Shown: in pieces, positions 57,776 to 64,000 of the stretch
How the letters are laid out: every line of letters starts with the position of its first letter
How positions within the stretch are numbered: position 1 is the first letter of the stretch
Assembly: GCA_010356995.1 (NCBI GenBank)
Contig: ML996700.1
Location: 620,001-684,000 of the forward strand
DNA: 64,000 nucleotides
Direction of reading: 5' to 3'
Source of the DNA: Trichodelitschia bisporula
Taxonomy: Eukaryota
Translations under genes and position numbers: made by a program
Notes under the pieces: model-generated
What the model was told of the DNA's origin: nothing
What the model saw: only the letters and a program-made list of their open reading frames with translations
Database searches by the model: none

Positions 57776-59358
57776 ATGGTAAAGCTAACCTTCACTCTGA
57801 CCCCCGACGCCTCGGCAAGGCTGCACGACGCATTGTCCTGTCTGGGCAAATTCGGGGATTCAGTATCTTTTGAGGCTCGTAAGGATCAAGTACGACCCCA
57901 AATGTTTTTGTCCCTTTGCTCTTCGTTGACCGTCAATGCCAGCTGGTCTTGAGTACCCTGAACTCATCGAAGTCCGCGTATGCGTCTTTCAAACTTGAGC
58001 TCGGATTCTTCTCTGCATTCGACTTTGCATCGGATGTCGGGCAAGATGGAAGATTCACATGTTCCATCATGGTTAAGGTACGGGTATTGACCGTCCTTTG
58101 CGAGCGCACTGTCCCTGAATAGAGGAGTAGGCATTGTTGTCGGTGTTCAAGTCTCGCGCAGCAGAAGCACGCGGAAAGAATGCCGGCATCGAAAAGTGCG
58201 AAGTAGCAGTTCAAGAAACACCGGAGGAGGCAGAGTGCCGATTCATCGTCAAGATGATCTGTGAGCATGGTGCGGGTCCTCCCTCCCACCACTTTTGTCC
58301 CATTAACAATGCTCTAGGGGTCACGAAGACCTACAAGCTGACCTACGAACCTGTTGCCGTCGTACACGCCTTGTTTGACAGGAATCTAGCCACGAATCGA
58401 TGGGTCATCCAATCCTCATTTCTCAAGGAATTTGCAGATTATTTCAGCCCAAAAGCTGAGCAACTTGACATATATGCCGAAGACGGCAAGGCCACCTTCA
58501 TCAGCTTTACTGAAAAAGTAATGAAGAGCAAAAGCGGTATGGAAGGGGTGTGATCAATATATATGGCTACTAACGGAGGACAGAAGTTCTTAAGCATCCG
58601 CTGAAAACCGCAGTGTCAGTTAACTTATCCGACTTCGATCACTTTTCAGCGCAGGAGCAGCTCCATATCGTCATTAGCGTTAAGGATTTCCGCTCCGCAG
58701 TCATGCACGCCGACACCATGAACGCTTCCGTGAGCGCATTCTATTCAAGTCCCGGACGTCCCCTCCAGTTAGCCTATGAGAAGGACAGCCTCCAGTGCCA
58801 GATGACCTTGATGACAGCAGGCGACTATATCGGACCGACGGAGTCAGACGTACCATCCGCCGCCTCAACGCGCCCACAAACCAGAGGCCAGTCCTTCTCG
58901 GCGAGTGACTCACGGAGTGAGCGCCAGAATGACATGCCACCTCCGCGGCCTTCTAACCAAGCCATTCGAAAGGGGTTGCGCGGGCTGGGGCGCAACGAAA
59001 GTAGCGGCCAGGCCGCGAGCACACGACGGGTCAGCCAGGAGTCCGATTCTCTTTTTGTCCCACTTGAAGAATCTGATCGCAGGTGGGATCCGCCGGACTA
59101 TGAGAAAGTGGAGACGCTTGGCTGGGATGCTACTGCTGACAATGTACGTTTCGCTCGGTCTTACAGGCTTGACTGATGAATTGGAGGAAAATGAACCCCA
59201 TCCGACCTTCCGAGATAGCAGGATTCCATCGGCTACCGATCTTAACAGTAACGAAATGCTGGAAGGTCTACCGCCGACTCAGCGGATCTCGCAGGTACGT
59301 ATCTTGTTGGGTGGAATCATTTTGTCTGACCGTTTCCTAGATCAAAGGAATCTGGTAG
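57776..59358 (+). CDS. rad9: Rad9/Ddc1 subunit of the 9-1-1 checkpoint clamp; 6 introns
   Basis: LHDALSCLGKFGDSVSFEA, LSTLNSSKSAYASF, G|VTKTYKLTYE, FSPKAEQLD, ISVKDFRS, PGRPLQL, TLMT; C-terminal PPTQRISQ|IKGIW*. Confidence 0.9.
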
Positions 59359-59504
59359 TAAGAGGTTAGCGAGTGGCCACGAAAGGATCGTGGACTGGGA
59401 AGACAGAGGCACAGTAGCAAGACATCATTCCATTGTCTGTAATGCGAAGGGTGCCAGCTGACGACAAGCACAGAGCTGGATGTATTGGATGCACTTTTAA
59501 CGTC

Positions 59505-60542
59505 TCATTCAATTGTTATCCAGCTTGTAGCACACCCGGCAAAGACGTTCTTGACCTTGGCTCCTGACATCAAAGTGTTCCAATCTCCCATGTCATCCCA
59601 GTCCTCCATCCCGCAATTGCCGTGCTCGCCCCATCCCCAGGCGATAACCCTGCCATCCTCAGTGGCCGCAATAACGTGCTCGCTCCCAGCTGCAAACTGT
59701 GTGATTTTAGGAAGATTGAGTGGAGAGAGCTGATGGAAGTTATCTCTACCCCAAGATATCAACTCTCCCGATTCAAGCAGAACGTAAATGGCCCCCCAGC
59801 CGGCCCCAATATCTTTCCAACCTGCGACCCTTGGTGGACAACGGGAGACCAGTGACCACTTGTCGGAGCCGAAGACTGCATGATTGCCTTCCACAGGCTC
59901 GCCTACGATGTACGTGAAGTCTCTACCACACACAGCGCGAGTAGCCCGGAAGGAAATGCCCTCGATCTTGCGCGGAGACCAGCAATTCACTGCAGGATGA
60001 CCTAGTTGCCCCTTGCGCCCCGAGCCCCAACCGTAGACTTCGCCATTTGACAAAACAGCAACGCAGTGGCTCATCCCTGCGGCAATGTGAACAACAGCCG
60101 TACCGGGGGGAGGAAAGTTAGGTATCCTTGAAGGTCCGGTACTCAGTGAAATGGCAGGACCGAGGCCGAGTTCGCCTTTGTTGCCAGTACCGAAACTGAC
60201 AACTCCTCCGTCGTCTCCGCGAGCGAGTATCGTTGCTTCCCAAGTTGCCGCACAGCCTACGAGCGGACATGATTCTGCGAAGCAAAACCAAGAGGGACTC
60301 CCGAGGGTGTGGTCGAATATACACCTGCCATCACCACTTTGACCGCATGCATATATCTTGGTTTGCTCAGACTTGGAAAGAGCTAGTGTGTGGTTACCCC
60401 CGGCGACAATTATCCATTCGGAAGGGTCTTCGCCAGCGGGCAGATGCGTCACGCCTATCGGCTTGAACCTATCGTCCTTATGTCCGAGACCAAGTTGCCC
60501 GGAGCCATTTGATCCCAGTGCATAAAGCCCCCTCAGTTCCAT
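59505..60542 (-). CDS. RCC1/BLIP-II repeat protein, likely Ats1/Kti13-like
   Basis: LYALGSNGSGQLGLG, AGGNHT, GTGNKGELGLG, GWGSGRKGQLG, AGSEH, WGWGEHGNCG, AGCATSW. Confidence 0.85.
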   Translation of the reverse strand: MELRGLYALGSNGSGQLGLGHKDDRFKPIGVTHLPAGEDPSEWIIVAGGNHTLALSKSEQTKIYACGQSGDGRCIFDHTLGSPSWFCFAESCPLVGCAATWEATILARGDDGGVVSFGTGNKGELGLGPAISLSTGPSRIPNFPPPGTAVVHIAAGMSHCVAVLSNGEVYGWGSGRKGQLGHPAVNCWSPRKIEGISFRATRAVCGRDFTYIVGEPVEGNHAVFGSDKWSLVSRCPPRVAGWKDIGAGWGAIYVLLESGELISWGRDNFHQLSPLNLPKITQFAAGSEHVIAATEDGRVIAWGWGEHGNCGMEDWDDMGDWNTLMSGAKVKNVFAGCATSWITIE

Positions 60543-61258
60543 CTTGTGTCTGATTTGAATTCCGGCTTTCTGAGGACGGATGAGATGGGGATTCTAGCGT
60601 TGCGTAGCGTGACGGTGATCGTGATTTCACCTGTGGTGCAAGGCCGTTGATAATGTAACCTTAATGGAAGCTTGTAAATGCTGTGAGGTGGACGTAGTGT
60701 TGCCAGCTAAACTTGATGGCCGATTTTGTCGGTGGGGGCGAAGACTGAGTATTTATACCGGCGTCGGTGTGCGATCTCTGAGTGAGGAATGGAGCATGAT
60801 AGCAGCACGTGACTGCTACACCAAGACCTCGCGTCCAGGCGCACAGACCACACACGTAGATAGATCTGGGAGCAGAGCTTTCTCTCCTCTCTCTCCCTTG
60901 ACATCATCAGTTCGCTCATTCACGTTTCGCTTTCTCTCATGCGAGTGACAACCTATGTTGCATGGTGTGGTTGATGATGTTGTGTTTGACATCTGATTTT
61001 GATGGGGCGACCAGGGGGGGAGGGTGCGTATGGAAGGTGTGTATGGAAAGTTTTGAGGTGTGTGTGCAATGGTACCCGGGCCGGTTGGCACCAGTATTGG
61101 GAGGTATGACTGACGATATTAGAAGGAGGCCTTGGGTATTGTTTGTGTCTACTAGTTCTAGGTAGAGGCGCCCGCTTTACGAACTGTTGGAGACTTGCGC
61201 CGCATTCATAATCTCGTACTTCCACTTAAGTAATCCATCGCTTAAATCTATTTCAGAT

Positions 61259-62640
61259 ATGTTTTCTCCCGAGATCGTGCTCATAATATGCGAAGTGCTC
61301 AGTAAAAGAGATGAGTTTAACTCTCTCTTCACCTGCTGTCAAGTATCGCGCAAGTGGGAAAGACCGGCAGTTATATACCTGTACCAGTACGTTAAAGACC
61401 CCAAACAAGGTATACTGTTAGTTCCTAGTTATCAGCTCACCATGAGGCTAGCATCTGTCATCGTTTGCCTGGTCATGAAGGCACCCCTCGCCATAGGCAT
61501 GGCGCGACGAAACGGGCCCTCCTCTGGAGGTCCGTTATTTTGTCAGCTATGGGATGCACGAGATACCCATATGCAGCGTTCATCAGAACACTCTATATAG
61601 GCCGTCTCGAGGAAATACTTCATATTGACGAATTTCAAGCCTTGCTGACTAAGTTTGTTCCAGGTTATGCATTTTGAGACAGTCCTATTAATTGTATTAG
61701 GGACTTTGACTTGGACAAGCTCTCGGCCATGGACCCTCCACTGCTACTGGGTTGCAATACAGAGGAGATTAGCAAGTATCTCATCGATAGTAAGACTCTA
61801 ACAGTTATTTAAACGCGTGTTATACAGCTAGCTAACTCATAGTAGCAGTTATCACGGCGAGCCCCATGCTACAAAGCCTGAAAGTACCTGAAGGAGGTAA
61901 GTCTATTCCCATTTTCTATCGCCTGGAGACTAATATAATAGTGGGGCCGAACTTCTCATACACTGACTTACCAAGCTGCGGAACCTCCGTTCACTAGAGG
62001 TTGTAAATGCCGACTCCATAAGCGAGCAGGGCATAATCTGTCGACACACCCCGAAACTTAAGGCGCTCGCTATGGGAATGGTACGTATAAACTACGAGCT
62101 CAATTTCTGTTCCATCAATCTTAGCACGATTAGCTAACCTCTCTAGGCGTTCGCACGGTTTAGACAAAAACGTGGCGAGGGTGATTGAAAACCTGCCGAA
62201 GAATCAGATACTGTCGTTTACCTCATGGGGTGCTTCGCGCTTGGTAGATCACACCCTCCCCACGCTAGGGAAACATAGCCAAACGCTAGGCGAGCTACGG
62301 CTCTGTATTGATAAGGACACATTCAGCGCTCTGAGCCTTCTACGAGGGTGCACTACCCTCAGGTCCATCGCAATTTAGGCCCCATGGCCTTCAAGAACAC
62401 ATTGCGCCAGAGCTCTCTCGACGACCCTTACAGAGCTCACAAAATGGCTTACAGATTGCCATACTCTCAAAACGCTGGGCTTGCATGGAGACTGTTTTTC
62501 GTTTGAGATGCTTCAGGACGTCCTAAACAGAAAACAATTCGTCTACGTCACCTGGAGGCACACTACCTACGAACACCGTTTCGGTCGGACTGGTTACCGG
62601 GTCAGACCTTATTACGGAGAATTCTCTTAAGTCTTTAAGT
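61259..62640 (+). pseudogene. disrupted F-box-like/LRR gene, copy 2
   Basis: MFSPEIVLIICEVLSKRDEFNSLFTCCQVSRKW; LLWRSVILSAMGCTRYPY; LPKNQILSF..LRGCTTLRSI followed by a stop at 62376-62378; 3' part lost; TA-rich. Confidence 0.72.
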
Positions 62641-62879
62641 AGGCTAAAACATTTGAAAAGGGTGTTCGTTGATTCCTGTAAGCGTTTCTGCGAGCGTTCC
62701 TATAAGCGTTGATTGTGCACGCGAATCGGTCAAAATGTACCTAAGTGTGTGGATTCGTGGTCATTGTTACGGGACCCTCACCGGCACGTGCCAATCACAT
62801 GGTAGCCGCTCACATTACGATTGCCTTCAGTGATCGCTCATGGTTTCCACACACAGTCAGTGTGGATCGGCAGGATCCC

Positions 62880-64000
62880 CCAAGGCTCCTGCCATGAGCT
62901 GAGGCGTTGGAGGGTATCTATATCGTAGCATTGTTGACCTGCAAACCCCAACGCAAGTTTGTTGCAGCTGAACTACAACCTCTCAAAAGGTCTGTACAGT
63001 GCCCCAGTGACAGCCATGCATCTTAAGATAGTCCTGTTAACAATTTTTAGGTACTTCTCCCGGGCTGAGCTCGCGGATTTAGGCCTTCCACGCCGTACGA
63101 TCAAGGATTGCTGGCAACAACCGATCAGTACCGTAAGCCTGTTACCCGAGGTGAGCCTCTAGCGGTTATTTAAACGCGAGTTATTCCAGTTAGCTAAGCT
63201 CCCCAACCTCCGTTCATTGGAGGTTGCGAGCGGCGACTCCTTAGGGAGCGAGGGGGCAAATCTGCCAAAGCATTCCCAAGCTCGAGAAATTAATCATATC
63301 CGGGTGGTGTGTATGAGCTACGAGCTTAATTGCTGTTCTATCGATAAGAGCACCACCTGCTGACCTCTCTAGGAGTTTTACCACCGCGGACAAAGATCTA
63401 GCAAGTATCTTCTCAGCCCTCCCCAAGAACCGGCCGTGCTCTCTTACGTCATGGGCGGGACGTAAGCCTGGCACCTCAAAGCCTTCCTGCCGTCACCCTA
63501 CATGGTGAATCTCTAGGGGCACTACAATTGGATATTGATCGCAGGAGCTTTCACGCTCTGAGCCACCTGAAAGATTGTACCGCTCTAAGGACCGTCTTCA
63601 TCCGGGCCCTCTTTCCTTCGTGATTGGAAAACAACGAAGCGCTCACAACGCTCACCGAGATTTCGTCCTGGCTTCAACAATGCCAGTCTCCAGATACTAG
63701 GTTCAAGCGGCGATGTCTTTTCGTACGAGATGGTTACACCCATCTTAAAGGAGATGAAATACACCTCCTTGAACTTACTCCTGAGTCCTGCCGGGGGGCA
63801 TTTTGGTCGGACGGGTTGCTGTATCAGACCTCTCTACGAAGCCTCGCCCTCAAGGGTCTCAAGCGCCAATCCCTCAATCATGAAGAGAGCTAGATTCTTG
63901 CGGATCTAGTTAGTCAGCTCTCGCAGCTGCGAGAGCTGCGACTAGAAATCGAAACCCAGTTTTCGGACAAGCACATTGAAAGGCTGGCCATCAATCTCCC
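62880..64000 (+). pseudogene. 5'-truncated, frameshifted F-box-like/LRR gene, copy 3, running off the window end
   Basis: DNA similarity to copy 2 including intron sequence (GTTATTTAAACGCG; CTACGAGCTYAATT); peptide remnants LTEISSWLQQC, QTSLRSLAL, SQLSQLRELRL matching copy 1. Confidence 0.72.

Overview
Intron-containing genomic DNA of a filamentous ascomycete (Pezizomycotina, possibly Dothideomycetes; species not determinable), with short introns of about 45-70 nt and CTRAY branch sites. Recognisable genes in order: UTP21, TOR kinase, homoserine dehydrogenase, CCDC174-like protein, an intronless 2858-aa low-complexity orphan protein, DAP1-like heme-binding protein, a PPR protein, THI20-like HMP kinase/TenA, DBP2, the C2H2 factor CON7 inside a ~19-kb gene-poor tract, RAD9 (9-1-1 clamp), an RCC1-repeat/ATS1-like gene, and three decayed paralogs of an F-box-like/LRR gene. 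Best leads: (1) a 2.86-kb stretch with no ATG on the sense strand directly upstream of CON7, suggesting a giant scanned 5' leader; (2) the orphan protein combines an N-terminal membrane anchor with three overlapping PAM2-like motifs, repeated S-[RK]-[WF] motifs and an RG/RGG tail, making it a candidate membrane-tethered mRNP scaffold; (3) two long, stem-rich DBP2 introns hide a cryptic donor and a second perfect branch point, a candidate helicase-sensing autoregulatory switch; (4) a 751-bp Mutator-like foldback element with a 10-bp TSD; (5) several AAG/GAG 3' splice sites. Gene identities come from recognised motifs and splice sites were placed by eye; no database search or folding program was run.
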